64,000 nt of DNA, from contig JANPEF010000153.1 in assembly GCA_031431875.1 (NCBI GenBank), positions 1-64,000 of the forward strand. The letters are read 5' to 3'. The DNA comes from Candidatus Eiseniibacteriota bacterium. GTDB lineage: Bacteria > Eisenbacteria > RBG-16-71-46 > DASYSL01. Shown in pieces: positions 7,121 to 17,039 of this stretch. Each line of letters begins with the position of its first letter. The first letter of the stretch is position 1. The position numbers and the translations under genes were made by a program. Below the pieces are notes generated by a model, which saw nothing but the letters and a program-made list of their open reading frames with translations, was not told where the DNA came from and made no database searches.

Positions 7121-9556
7121 ATGTCGGGGATGCGCAAGGGGTATCTCGCGGTGGCGTGGTTCGTGTTCCTCTCCACGCTCGCCGTGTACACGCTCACGGT
7201 GACGAGCTCGATCCCGTTCTGGGATTCGGGCGAGTACATCGCCACCTCGTTTATCCTGGGCGTCCCGCATCCTCCCGGCACGCCGCTGTACGTGCTCATC
7301 GGGCGCCTGTTCTCGATGCTTCCGTTCGGCAACGTGCACCTGATGGTGAACTGGCTCTCCGCCTTCTCCTCGGCGCTCGCGGTGTTGTTCACCTTCCTCG
7401 TCACCGTGCGCTTCGTCCGCCTGGCACAGGCGCGCGCCCACCTGCAGGACGAGCGCACGGTCGCGGACGAGGTCATCGCCTGGGCCGCCGGCGCGACCGC
7501 GGCGTTCTTCATGGCGTTCTCGAACACGTTCTGGCTGTCCGCGGTCGAAGCCGAGGTCTACGCGCTCTCCTCGATGGTGCAGATCGCCTGTGTCTACCTG
7601 ACGCTGCGCTGGTGGGAGGAGCTGGCGAACGACGGCGGCGACGGACGCCTGCTGCTCGCCTGGTACCTCATGTGCCTCTGCATCGGCATCCACCTGGGCA
7701 CCTTCCTCGTGGCCCCGGCCGTGATCGTGCTCGCGCTGCTGGTGAACCCTCGCTCGCTGTTCCACTGGAAGTTCCTGACCGGCGCGACGGTGCTGCTCGC
7801 CGTGGGCATCTCGGTGCACGTCTACCTGATGATCCGCGCGTCGCTGAACCCCGGCATCAACGAGGGCGATCCCGAGACGTGGGACGCGATGATGTACCTG
7901 CTGCAGCGCAAGCAGTACGGATCGCGCCCGATGTTCCCGCGCTCGGCCGACCTGTGGACGTTCCAGATCCCGATGTTCTGGGGCTTCTTCATGGACCAGT
8001 TCCGCCTGTGGAAGGCCGAGCACGCCTTCCCCGCGGTGCTGCCGCTGGCGCTCGGCCTGTACGGCGCGGCGATGCAGTTCGTGCGCGAGAAGAAGACGTT
8101 CCTCATGATGTTCGTCCTCTTCGGCATCACCAGCTTCGGGCTGGTCATGTACCTCAACTTCACCGACCGCGAGGTCCGCGACCGCGACTACTTCTTCACC
8201 TCGGCGTTCCAGTTCTTCGCCATCTGGATCGGCATGGGGGCGGGATTCGTCCTCGAGCTGGTGCGCGACGCGCTGGCCGGCAGCAAGGCTGCCGAGCCTG
8301 CTCCTGCAGCCGGGGCGGCGCCGGCCGCGGTGCGCGTTCACCCGGGGCTCATCGTGGCGTCGGTCGCCTGCGTCGGGCTGTCGTGGCTGCCGGCGAACAC
8401 CTACTGGTACACCCACGATCGCACGGGCTTCAACGTGGCGCGCGACTATGCCTACAACATGATCGCGCCGCTGGCCCCCAATGCGTTCGTGTTCACCAAT
8501 GGCGACAACGACACGTTTCCACTGTGGTGCCTGCAGGAGGTCGAGAAGTTCCGCAAGGACGTCCGCGTGGTCAACCTGTCGCTGCTCAACACCGACTGGT
8601 ACATCAAGCAGTTGCGTGACGAGGAGCCGAAGGTGCCGATGAAGGTCACCGACCAGGAACTCGAGGTCATCCGCACGCAGGGCTACATGATCGATCCGGC
8701 GGGGCAGCCCGAGCAGGTCGCGACGTGGATGGTGCGCAACATCGTCGCGGCGAACTTCACGTCGGGCGCGGCCGTGCAGCCCGCATACCTGGCAGTCACG
8801 GTGCCGAACCATCACGGGCTCGATCCACGGCTGACGCTCGAAGGCCTCGTCTACCGCGTCGCGCCCGACTCGGTCGCCAGCCGCATGGACACGACGGCGA
8901 CGCGCAGGAACCTCTACGAGACCTTCCGCTACGGCGGACTCTACGCCGCCGACGGCACGTACCTCGACCATCCGTACAAGGACGAGAACGCGTACCGCCT
9001 GACGCAGAACTACGCGGCGGCACACCTGCAGCTCGGCTTCCGCTACCGCCAGGATGGCCGCCGCGCCGAGGCGATCGCCGAGCTGGAGCGCATCCTTCGC
9101 ATGTATCCCACGTTCCCGGCAGTGCGGCCGGCGCTCGGGATGTTCTACCTCGAGAACTCCGACACGACGAAGGCGCTCGCCTTCTTCGAGCAGTCGCAGG
9201 CGCTGGCGCCGAACGACAAGGACCTCGCCTACTACCACGCCGTCACGCTCGGGCTGTCCGGGCGGCTGGACGAGTCGGTGGCGCGTTTCGCCGACGCGAT
9301 CCGGATCGATCCCGACGACGGGCAGTCGTACTACGCGGCGTACTCGCTGCTGACCGACGGCGGCCGACATGCCGAGGCGGCGGGCGTGCTGCGCCAGTGG
9401 CTGGCGCGCCACCCCGACGACGCCCAGGCGGGAGCGCTGCTCCGGGATGCCCAGCGCCAGAGTGGGGTCGTCCCTCCGGGTTCCGACGCCCCGCCGGGCT
9501 CGATCGCGCCGCCCGGCGGCCCCGGCGTGCCGGGCGTCATCGGTGGGTCGCGGTGA
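7121..9556 (+). CDS. DUF2723 / TMEM260-like GT-C membrane glycosyltransferase with C-terminal TPRs
   Basis: WDSGEY, HPPGTPL, AVEAEVY, RDRDYFF, NGDNDTFPLW motifs; many TM segments; TPR-like helices at the C-terminus; SD GGAGG. Confidence 0.88.
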   Translation: MSGMRKGYLAVAWFVFLSTLAVYTLTVTSSIPFWDSGEYIATSFILGVPHPPGTPLYVLIGRLFSMLPFGNVHLMVNWLSAFSSALAVLFTFLVTVRFVRLAQARAHLQDERTVADEVIAWAAGATAAFFMAFSNTFWLSAVEAEVYALSSMVQIACVYLTLRWWEELANDGGDGRLLLAWYLMCLCIGIHLGTFLVAPAVIVLALLVNPRSLFHWKFLTGATVLLAVGISVHVYLMIRASLNPGINEGDPETWDAMMYLLQRKQYGSRPMFPRSADLWTFQIPMFWGFFMDQFRLWKAEHAFPAVLPLALGLYGAAMQFVREKKTFLMMFVLFGITSFGLVMYLNFTDREVRDRDYFFTSAFQFFAIWIGMGAGFVLELVRDALAGSKAAEPAPAAGAAPAAVRVHPGLIVASVACVGLSWLPANTYWYTHDRTGFNVARDYAYNMIAPLAPNAFVFTNGDNDTFPLWCLQEVEKFRKDVRVVNLSLLNTDWYIKQLRDEEPKVPMKVTDQELEVIRTQGYMIDPAGQPEQVATWMVRNIVAANFTSGAAVQPAYLAVTVPNHHGLDPRLTLEGLVYRVAPDSVASRMDTTATRRNLYETFRYGGLYAADGTYLDHPYKDENAYRLTQNYAAAHLQLGFRYRQDGRRAEAIAELERILRMYPTFPAVRPALGMFYLENSDTTKALAFFEQSQALAPNDKDLAYYHAVTLGLSGRLDESVARFADAIRIDPDDGQSYYAAYSLLTDGGRHAEAAGVLRQWLARHPDDAQAGALLRDAQRQSGVVPPGSDAPPGSIAPPGGPGVPGVIGGSR

Positions 9557-9566
9557 GCGGACGGCG

Positions 9567-10514
9567 ATGAGCGCCGGTCTCTGTGTCGTCACCGGCGTCG
9601 GCGGCTTCATCGGCTCGCACCTGGCCGAGGCGCTGGTCGCGCGCGGGCACGAGGTCGTGGGCGTCGACTGCTTCACCGACTACTACGATCCCGCGATCAA
9701 GCGAGCGAACCTGGCGGGGCTGGCGCGCGAGCCGCGCTTCCGGCTGGTCGAGCTCGACCTGGCCGCGGCCGACCTCGCGGCCCTGCCCGATCGGCCGCGC
9801 CACGTCTACCACCTCGCCGCGCAAGCCGGCGTCCGCGCGTCGTGGGGGACCGAATTCACGTCCTACGTGCACCACAACGTTCTCGCCACGCAGCGCGTGC
9901 TCGAGCGCTGGCGCGACGCCGGCTGCGAGCGCGTCGTCGTCGCGTCGTCGTCCTCGATCTACGGCGATGCGGAACGGATGCCGACGGTCGAGGCCGATCG
10001 CCCGCGTCCGTACTCGCCGTACGGCGTGACCAAGCTCGCGGCGGAGCACCTGGCGCTGCTCTATGCGCGAAACTTCGGCGTGCCCGCGGTGGCGATGCGC
10101 TACTTCACCGTCTACGGCCCCCGGCAACGCCCGGACATGGGGTTCCACCGTTTCGTCCGCGCGCTGCTCGCGGGGGACGCGGTGACGCTCTACGGGGACG
10201 GTGAGCAGACGCGCGACTTCACGTTCGTCGCCGACGCCGTCGCCGCGAACCTGGCCGCCGCCGAGCGCGGCGTGCCCGGCACGGCATACAACGTCGGCGG
10301 CGGATCACGCGTCTCCGTGAACGACGTGCTGGCGCGGCTGGCCCGGATCACGGAGCGTCCGCTGACGCTCGACCGCCGGCCGCCGCAGCCCGGGGACCCG
10401 CGCGACACCGGCGCCGATATCGCACTCGCCGGGCGCGACCTGGGCTGGAGTCCGCAGGTGACGCTCGACGAGGGGTTGGCCCGCCAGGTCGCCTGGCAAA
10501 GGGGGAATGCGTGA
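9567..10514 (+). CDS. NAD-dependent sugar epimerase/dehydratase (UDP-uronate 4-epimerase-like)
   Basis: VTGVGGFIGS, HLAAQAGVR, ASSSSIYG, YGVTK, RYFTVYGPRQRPDM. Confidence 0.9.
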   Translation: MSAGLCVVTGVGGFIGSHLAEALVARGHEVVGVDCFTDYYDPAIKRANLAGLAREPRFRLVELDLAAADLAALPDRPRHVYHLAAQAGVRASWGTEFTSYVHHNVLATQRVLERWRDAGCERVVVASSSSIYGDAERMPTVEADRPRPYSPYGVTKLAAEHLALLYARNFGVPAVAMRYFTVYGPRQRPDMGFHRFVRALLAGDAVTLYGDGEQTRDFTFVADAVAANLAAAERGVPGTAYNVGGGSRVSVNDVLARLARITERPLTLDRRPPQPGDPRDTGADIALAGRDLGWSPQVTLDEGLARQVAWQRGNA

Positions 10515-11560
10515 CCGACCTGTTCTCGTCGCTGCCCGATCGGGCGCCCGATCCGGTTCCCGCGCCGCCGCCCGCGCCGCTCCCTCCGCCGCCGGCCCGC
10601 GGCATCGACCTGACCGCAGTCGTGCCCGTGCTCGACGAGGCGCCGAGCCTGCCCGAGCTCTACAACCGCCTGCGCGCCGCCGTCGCCTCGCAGGGCATGA
10701 CCTATGAGTTCATCTTCATCGACGACGGGTCGACCGACGACACGCCGCGCGTGCTCGAGAAGCTCGCCGCGTCGGATCCAAACGTGCGGGTCGCCTCGTT
10801 CCGCCGCAACTTCGGCAAGTCGGCCGCGCTGGCGGTGGCGTTCGCGCGAGCGCGCGGAAGGTACGTTCTCACGCTCGACGGCGACCTGCAGGACGACCCG
10901 GCCGAGCTGCCGCGGATGCTCGATGCCCTCGAGCAGCGGGGACTCGACCTGGTCTCGGGCTGGAAGGCGAAGCGCCACGACCCATGGACCAAGACGCTCC
11001 CGTCGAAGCTGTTCAACGCCGTCACCGGGGCGGTGGCGGGCGTGAAGCTGCACGACTTCAACTGCGGGCTCAAGCTCTACCGTCGCGAGGTCGTCGAGTC
11101 GATCGAGGTCTACGGCGAGTTCCATCGCTTCCTGCCGGCGCTCGCGCACTGGCGCGGCTTCCGCGTCGGCGAGATTCCTGTGCAGCATCACGCGCGACGC
11201 TTCGGGAAGAGCAAGTTCGGCGCGGCACGGTTCGTCAACGGCTTCCTCGACCTGATCGCCGCGATGTTCCTGTCGACCAGCTTCCTCAAGCCGCTGCACG
11301 TGTTCGGTCGCATGGCGATCCTGCTCGGGGGGATCGGCATGCTGCTCAACCTGTACTTCGTCTGGATGGCCATCGCCGGCGAGCCGGTACGGGTGCGCCC
11401 GCTGCTGGTGCTCGGGCTCGTGTTCGTCGTGGTCGCGATCCAGTTCGTGCTCATGGGCCTGCTCGGCGAGATGATCGCCGCCGGCCGGATCAAGACCGAC
11501 TGGCCGATGCGCTTCACCGCGAACTTCGATCCGCCGGCGGAGGGCGGGAAAGAGCGATGA
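10511..11560 (+). CDS. GT2 polyprenyl-phosphate glycosyltransferase (ArnC/GtrB-like)
   Basis: DDGSTD, RNFGKSAAL, DGDLQDDP, HDFNCGLK, HRFLP, two C-terminal TM helices. Confidence 0.9.
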   Translation: MTDLFSSLPDRAPDPVPAPPPAPLPPPPARGIDLTAVVPVLDEAPSLPELYNRLRAAVASQGMTYEFIFIDDGSTDDTPRVLEKLAASDPNVRVASFRRNFGKSAALAVAFARARGRYVLTLDGDLQDDPAELPRMLDALEQRGLDLVSGWKAKRHDPWTKTLPSKLFNAVTGAVAGVKLHDFNCGLKLYRREVVESIEVYGEFHRFLPALAHWRGFRVGEIPVQHHARRFGKSKFGAARFVNGFLDLIAAMFLSTSFLKPLHVFGRMAILLGGIGMLLNLYFVWMAIAGEPVRVRPLLVLGLVFVVVAIQFVLMGLLGEMIAAGRIKTDWPMRFTANFDPPAEGGKER

Positions 11561-12273
11561 CCGTCTTCGTCCTGACCGGCGGCCTGGGCACGCGGATCGC
11601 GGGGCTGTATCCCGACCGCCCCAAGGCGCTCGTCCCGGTGGCGGGGCGGCCGTTCATCGACCGCCAGCTCGGCTGGCTCGCGGCGCACGGGCTGACCGAC
11701 GTCGTCCTCTGCGCCGGGCACGGCGCCGGAGCGCTGGCGGCGCACGTCGGTGACGGGACCGCCTTCGGCGTTCACGTGCGCGTCGTCGTCGAGGATGCGC
11801 CGCGGGGCACCGCCGGTGCGATCGCCCATGCGCTGGCTGCGATCGCGCACGCAGACGACACGTTCTTCGCCGTGAATGGCGACACCTGGGCCGAGTTCGC
11901 GCCTTCCGACCTGCTCCTGCTGCACCGGGAGACCGGCGCCGATGCGACGCTGGCGTGCTACCCGGTCGATGACGCGGCCGAGCGCGGCGTCGTCGAGTTC
12001 GACGCGCACGGGCGCCTGCGCGCGTTCCGCGAGAAAGCCCAGGCGGGGCCCGGCTGGGTGAGCGGCGGTGTCTACGCGCTCGAGTCGCGCGCGTTCGCCG
12101 CCGTGCCGACCGACCGTGCCACGTCGCTCGAGCGCGACCTGTTCCCGGGCCTGCTGGCGGCGGGCCGGACGATCGCCGCGTGGCGCGGCGGCGGCCGGTT
12201 CTGGGACATGGGCACGCCCGAGGGCCTGGCCCGTGCCGAGGCCGCACTCGCCGGCGGCGAGGCGTCGCGATGA
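11557..12273 (+). CDS. Sugar-1-phosphate nucleotidyltransferase (HddC-like)
   Basis: GGLGTR, PKALVPVAGRPF, GTAGA, NGDT, SLERD, DMGTPE; adjacent to an HddA-like kinase. Confidence 0.85.
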   Translation: MTVFVLTGGLGTRIAGLYPDRPKALVPVAGRPFIDRQLGWLAAHGLTDVVLCAGHGAGALAAHVGDGTAFGVHVRVVVEDAPRGTAGAIAHALAAIAHADDTFFAVNGDTWAEFAPSDLLLLHRETGADATLACYPVDDAAERGVVEFDAHGRLRAFREKAQAGPGWVSGGVYALESRAFAAVPTDRATSLERDLFPGLLAAGRTIAAWRGGGRFWDMGTPEGLARAEAALAGGEASR

Positions 12274-13319
12274 GCATCCTCGTGCGCGCGCGGGCGCCGT
12301 TGCGCCTGTCGTTCGGCGGCGGCGGGACCGACGTGTCGCCGTATCCCGAGGAGCGGGGCGGCGTCGTGCTCTCGACCACGATCGACAAGTTCGCCTACGC
12401 CACCGTCCAGCCACGCCGCGACACGAAGTTCGAGATCCACTCGATCGACTTCGATCGCACCGCGCGCTACGCTCACGTGCGGCGCCTGCCGTTCGACGGC
12501 GATCTCGACCTGATCAAGGCGGTGGTGCGGCGCTTCAAGCCGAAGCACGGTGCGTCGCTGGTCATCCACTCGGATGCGCCCCCGGGGTCGGGCCTGGGCT
12601 CGTCGTCGACGCTGGTGGTGGCCCTGGTCGCGGCGCTGCGCGAGTGGCTGGGCGCCCCGCTCACCGCGTACGACATGGCCGAGCTGGCCTACGCCATCGA
12701 GCGCGTCGACCTGGGGATCGCCGGCGGGCGACAGGACCAGTACGCGGCGGCGTTCGGCGGCTTCAACTTCATCGAGTTCCAGAAGGACGCGACGATCGTC
12801 AACCCGCTGCGCGTTCCGGAGGCAGCGCTGCGCGAGCTCGAGTATCGCCTGCTGCTCTGCTACCTGAACCAGACGCGCTCGAGCGCCGACATCATCACCC
12901 GCCAGCGGGCCAGCTACGTGGCGCGCAAGAAGAAGGTCGTCCAGGCTCTCGATGCCCTCAAGGCGAGCACCTACGAGATGAAGCGCGCGCTGCTGCTCGG
13001 CGACATCGACGGCTTCGGCGCGATCCTGCACGAGGCGTGGATGTCCAAGAAGAAGCTCGACGCGGGCATCTCGACGGACCCGGTCGATGCGCTGTACGAG
13101 AAGGCGCGGCGGGCCGGTGCGATCGGCGGCAAGATGCCGGGCGCGGGCGGCGGCGGCTACTTCCTCGTCCTCTGCAAGGCGGACAAGCGCCACGCCGTGG
13201 CGAAGGCGCTCGAGGGGGCAGGGGGGCAGCTGGTGCCGTTCGCCTTCACCCATGAGGGCGTGACCGCGTGGACGGCCGGCAGCGGCCGATCGGGCGCGGC
13301 GCGACGCACGCGCGCGTGA
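12270..13319 (+). CDS. hddA: GHMP kinase, D-glycero-alpha-D-manno-heptose-7-phosphate kinase-like
   Basis: APLRLSFGGGGTD, PPGSGLGSSS, GGRQDQYAAAFGGFN, GGKMPGAGGGG. Confidence 0.85.
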   Translation: MSILVRARAPLRLSFGGGGTDVSPYPEERGGVVLSTTIDKFAYATVQPRRDTKFEIHSIDFDRTARYAHVRRLPFDGDLDLIKAVVRRFKPKHGASLVIHSDAPPGSGLGSSSTLVVALVAALREWLGAPLTAYDMAELAYAIERVDLGIAGGRQDQYAAAFGGFNFIEFQKDATIVNPLRVPEAALRELEYRLLLCYLNQTRSSADIITRQRASYVARKKKVVQALDALKASTYEMKRALLLGDIDGFGAILHEAWMSKKKLDAGISTDPVDALYEKARRAGAIGGKMPGAGGGGYFLVLCKADKRHAVAKALEGAGGQLVPFAFTHEGVTAWTAGSGRSGAARRTRA

Positions 13320-14446
13320 GGATCGGCCTCCTCGGCCCGGCCCACCCGTTGCGCGGTGGCATCGCCCAGTACCTGGCGCTTCTCGCCGGGGAGCTCGCCC
13401 GCGAGCACGAGGTGCATTCCTTGTCCCTGATCCGCCAGTACCCGTCGTTCCTGTTTCCGGGGAAGAGCCAGGTCGACCCGAGCGCGACGCCGCTCGTCGT
13501 GCCCAACGAGCGCGTCCTCGATCCGATGAATCCGCTCACCTGGGCGCGTTCCGCCCGTCGCGCGCGGGAGCTGGCGCTCGATGCGATCGTCTACAAGTGG
13601 TGGATCCCGTTCTTCGGGCCGGCCTACGCTCCGGTGCTTGCCGGGGCTCGCAGGGGGGGCGCGGTGTCGATCATGATCGCCGACAACCTGGTGCCGCACG
13701 AGAAACGTCCGTTCGACGACCTGCTCACGAAGCTCGTCACCGACCGCACCGACGGAATCCTCGTCATGTCGCAATCGGTCGAGGACGACGTGCGGCGATT
13801 GTTGCCGGGGATGCCGGTGCGCCGCGTGCCACACCCGGTGTACGCGCAGTTCGGCGCGGTCGCCGGCTCGCGCGACGAAGCGAAGTCGCGACTGGGGCTG
13901 ACGGGGGACGTGCTGCTGTTCTTCGGGCTGGTGCGCCACTACAAGGGCCTCGATGTGCTGATCGAGGCGCTGCCGCGCGTGTGTGCCGCCCGCCCGCTGA
14001 CGCTCCTCGTCGCCGGCGAGTTCTACGAGCCGGTCGAACCCGTGCGCGCGCGGATCGCCGCGCTGGGGCTCTCCGCCCACGTGCGGCTCTTCGATCGCTA
14101 CATTCCGGACGAGGAAGTGGGCGACCTGTTCGCCGCCGCCGACGCCGTCGTGTTGCCGTACCGCTCGGCGACGCAGAGCGGCGTGGCGCTCGTCGCCTAC
14201 GCAGCCGGCTGCCCCGTCATCTCGACGTCCGTCGGCGGACTGCCCGAGGTCGTCACCGAGGGCGGGACGGGCCACCTGGTGCCGCCCGAGGACCCGGCGG
14301 CGCTGGCCGATGCGATCCTCCTCTTCTACGCGCAAGGGGGTCGCGCCGCGTACGAGCCGGCGGTGCACGAAGCGGCGCGCGCGTACTCGTGGGGCGCGGT
14401 CACGACCGGCCTGACCGATCTCGTGGCCGAGGTGAAGGCGCGATGA
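13316..14446 (+). CDS. Glycosyltransferase family 4
   Basis: RGGIAQY, FFGLVRHYKG, LPYRSATQSGV, VGGLPE; GTGA overlap. Confidence 0.92.
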   Translation: MRIGLLGPAHPLRGGIAQYLALLAGELAREHEVHSLSLIRQYPSFLFPGKSQVDPSATPLVVPNERVLDPMNPLTWARSARRARELALDAIVYKWWIPFFGPAYAPVLAGARRGGAVSIMIADNLVPHEKRPFDDLLTKLVTDRTDGILVMSQSVEDDVRRLLPGMPVRRVPHPVYAQFGAVAGSRDEAKSRLGLTGDVLLFFGLVRHYKGLDVLIEALPRVCAARPLTLLVAGEFYEPVEPVRARIAALGLSAHVRLFDRYIPDEEVGDLFAAADAVVLPYRSATQSGVALVAYAAGCPVISTSVGGLPEVVTEGGTGHLVPPEDPAALADAILLFYAQGGRAAYEPAVHEAARAYSWGAVTTGLTDLVAEVKAR

Positions 14447-16083
14447 GCGGCTCCGTGCACCAGCGCGCCGGCGAGCGCGCCGCGACGCCGCGTGGCGTGG
14501 CGTGGGCGCTGGGCGTTGCCGTGACGCTGCTCTGCCTCGCCACGGCAGGAGGGCGCATCACCTCCAGCGACGAGTACACGATGTATCGACTCACCGAGTC
14601 GCTGGTCACGCGCGGGGTGGTGTGGGTCGAAGCGGGCAACGCCGAGCGCGGTCCCGGCGGCCGTCTCTACCCGAAGGCGGCACTCGGGCAGGCGCTGGCG
14701 GCCGCGCCATTTCATGTCGTCGGTCGACTCGTCGCCGCGCCGTTCGCCGGGCCGCGGAAGGACCTCGTCACGCGGGCCGTCACGTCGCTGCTCAACCCAT
14801 TCGTGCTCGGCGTGCTGGCGGCCGTGCTGTTCCTGCTCTTCCACTCGATCGGCGCCTCGCCGCGCGGCGCGTTCTTCTGGAGCGTCGCCACGTGCCTGGC
14901 GACCCCGCTGTGGGTCTACGCCAAGAGCTTCCTGACCGAGCCGCTGCTCGCCCTGGGCCTCGCCGCGGGCTTGTACGGCGCACTGCGCTTCCGCGACGCC
15001 GGTGAGCCGCGCCACGCGTTCCTCGCCGGGCTCGCCTGGGGCTTCGCCGTGCTGGTCAAGTACGCGGTCGCACCCGCCGTGCTGCTGCTCGCCCTGCCGT
15101 TCCTGCCGCAGCTCAAGCGCCGGGCCGCGTGGCCGGCATTCGCGGCGGTCGCGGCCTGCGTGCTCGTCGCGCTGGCCTACAACGCAGCGCGCACCGGTTC
15201 CCCGTTCGGCACCGGCTACGGCCGGCAGGCGACGACTGCGGCGTTCACCACGCCGCTGTTCGTCGGGCTCTACGGGTTGCTGGTCTCCAGCGGCAAGGGC
15301 GTGCTCTGGTTCGCGCCACTGGTTGCGCTCGTGCCCGCCGCGATCGGCGCTGCGCTGCGCCGCCTGCGGCACCCTGCGCTCGGCATCGTCGCGGCATGCA
15401 CGGGCCTGCTGCTGGTGTACGCCTCGTTCGAGCACTGGGCGGGAGACGGCTCGTGGGGGCCGCGCTACCTCGTGCCGCTGCTGCCGCTCGCGCTCGTGCT
15501 CGTCGTCGCGGCCGAGGCGCAGGAGCCGTGGCGCGGTCGCGGCCGGCGGTGGCTGGTCGGCGCGCTCGCCGGGGCCGGCCTGATCGTCCAGCTGGGCGGC
15601 GTGGGGGTCTACTTCGGCGCGCAGATGCGTGAGGCGGGCGACTACCCGTACACGAAGGCCCTCGACGATCCTTCGTTCATGGTCGACAGTCACTTCAATC
15701 CGGCGAAGACGCCGATCGCCGGGCACTGGCGCATGCTGGTGCGCAACACCGGTGCGCACCTGCGCGGCGAGTGGCCGCGGATCACGCCCGGCGGGGGCGG
15801 GGTGGCCACGACCCCAGGCGATCCCGGGCTCGTCGCCGGCGCCGTTTCGACCGTCGAGGGCGCCCGCCTCGCGCTGCCGCCCGCGCAGGTCGAGGCGCTC
15901 ACGCGTGGACTCGACTTCTGGTGGACGTACGCGGCCTATGCGGGGCTGCCCCGCCTGCCGCTCCTGATCGCCGCGGCGCTGCTGTTCGTCGCCGCCGGGC
16001 TTGCCTTCGCGCGGGCGTGGCGTGCCGTGCGCCGGCTCGAGGTGCGGCCGCTGCCGCAGGCACCCGAGGTGTGGATCGCATGA
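14443..16083 (+). CDS. Multi-pass GT-C-like membrane protein
   Basis: SSDE acidic motif after TM1, YAKSFLTEP, GLLVSSGKG, WGPRYLVP; roughly 10 or more hydrophobic segments. Confidence 0.7.
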   Translation: MSGSVHQRAGERAATPRGVAWALGVAVTLLCLATAGGRITSSDEYTMYRLTESLVTRGVVWVEAGNAERGPGGRLYPKAALGQALAAAPFHVVGRLVAAPFAGPRKDLVTRAVTSLLNPFVLGVLAAVLFLLFHSIGASPRGAFFWSVATCLATPLWVYAKSFLTEPLLALGLAAGLYGALRFRDAGEPRHAFLAGLAWGFAVLVKYAVAPAVLLLALPFLPQLKRRAAWPAFAAVAACVLVALAYNAARTGSPFGTGYGRQATTAAFTTPLFVGLYGLLVSSGKGVLWFAPLVALVPAAIGAALRRLRHPALGIVAACTGLLLVYASFEHWAGDGSWGPRYLVPLLPLALVLVVAAEAQEPWRGRGRRWLVGALAGAGLIVQLGGVGVYFGAQMREAGDYPYTKALDDPSFMVDSHFNPAKTPIAGHWRMLVRNTGAHLRGEWPRITPGGGGVATTPGDPGLVAGAVSTVEGARLALPPAQVEALTRGLDFWWTYAAYAGLPRLPLLIAAALLFVAAGLAFARAWRAVRRLEVRPLPQAPEVWIA

Positions 16084-17039
16084 GTGCGCCCGTGCAGGTG
16101 TGGATCGTCGTGCTCAACTGGAACGGCCGCGAAGACACCGCCGCGTGCCTGACTTCGCTGCGCAACGTGGAGGTGCCGCCCGGTGTCGCGTTGACGCGAC
16201 TGGTCGTCGACAACGGCTCGGAGGACGGCAGCCTCGACGCCCTGCCGCCGCGCTTTCCCGAAGTCTCGTTCCTGCCCACCGGCGCCAACCTGCGCTGGGC
16301 GGGGGGCAACAACCGCGGACTCGAGCGGGCGCGCGCCGCGGGCGCCGACGGCGTGCTGCTGCTCAACAACGACACCGTGGTCGCGCCCGACTTCCTCGCC
16401 CCATTGCTCTCCGCCGTCGCCGCGCATCCTGAAGGCGGCCTGTTCGGTCCGACCATCCTGTCGTGGGACGGCGCTCGCGTCTGGTCCGCCGGGGGCGACT
16501 GGTCGCCGTGGCTGGGCTGGGGCTGGCATCGCGGGCTCGGAGCGGCGTGGAGCACCGTGGCCGCGGCGCCGGGAGCCCGCGGGCGTGACGCCGTACCATG
16601 CACGTCGCTGACCGGCGCGGCGCTCTACGTCACGCGCGCCTGTCTCGAAGCGATCGGCGGTCTCGACGAGGGATACTACCTGTACGCCGAGGATGCCGAC
16701 TGGTGCCTGCGCGCCCGCCGCGCTGGCTTCGCCTGCCTGTGGGCGCCAGCCTCGATTGTGCGCCATCGCGTCTCGGGATCGAGCGGCGCGGCCAGTCCGT
16801 TCAAGGCCTACCATCGCACGCGCGGCGGCCTGCGCCTGGCGGCGCGCGGCGGGCGTCCCTGGCATGCCCTCGTGTGGCCGTGGGCGCAGGCGGCCCTGTT
16901 GTTCGCGCAGAGCCTGGCGTGGCGCGCGCGCGGCGGCGGCGACGCGGCATTCAAGGCCGCGTGGCGCGCGTGGGCCGATCACTGGCGCGGGGTTCCGCCC
17001 GAGCGGTCGCCGTTCGTTCCCCGCAGGGAGGCGGCGTGA
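16080..17039 (+). CDS. Glycosyltransferase family 2 (rhamnosyltransferase-like)
   Basis: VLNWNG, VDNGSED, GGNNRG, LLNND, YAEDADWCLR. Confidence 0.9.
   Translation: MSAPVQVWIVVLNWNGREDTAACLTSLRNVEVPPGVALTRLVVDNGSEDGSLDALPPRFPEVSFLPTGANLRWAGGNNRGLERARAAGADGVLLLNNDTVVAPDFLAPLLSAVAAHPEGGLFGPTILSWDGARVWSAGGDWSPWLGWGWHRGLGAAWSTVAAAPGARGRDAVPCTSLTGAALYVTRACLEAIGGLDEGYYLYAEDADWCLRARRAGFACLWAPASIVRHRVSGSSGAASPFKAYHRTRGGLRLAARGGRPWHALVWPWAQAALLFAQSLAWRARGGGDAAFKAAWRAWADHWRGVPPERSPFVPRREAA

Noticed and set aside
6542..9676. Very long antisense or alternate-frame ORFs (e.g. 1044 aa here; also 23639-26332, 49296-51854, 57288-60140)
   Set aside because: They shadow well-supported genes, are low-information or mirror-frame translations, and are expected at this GC content.
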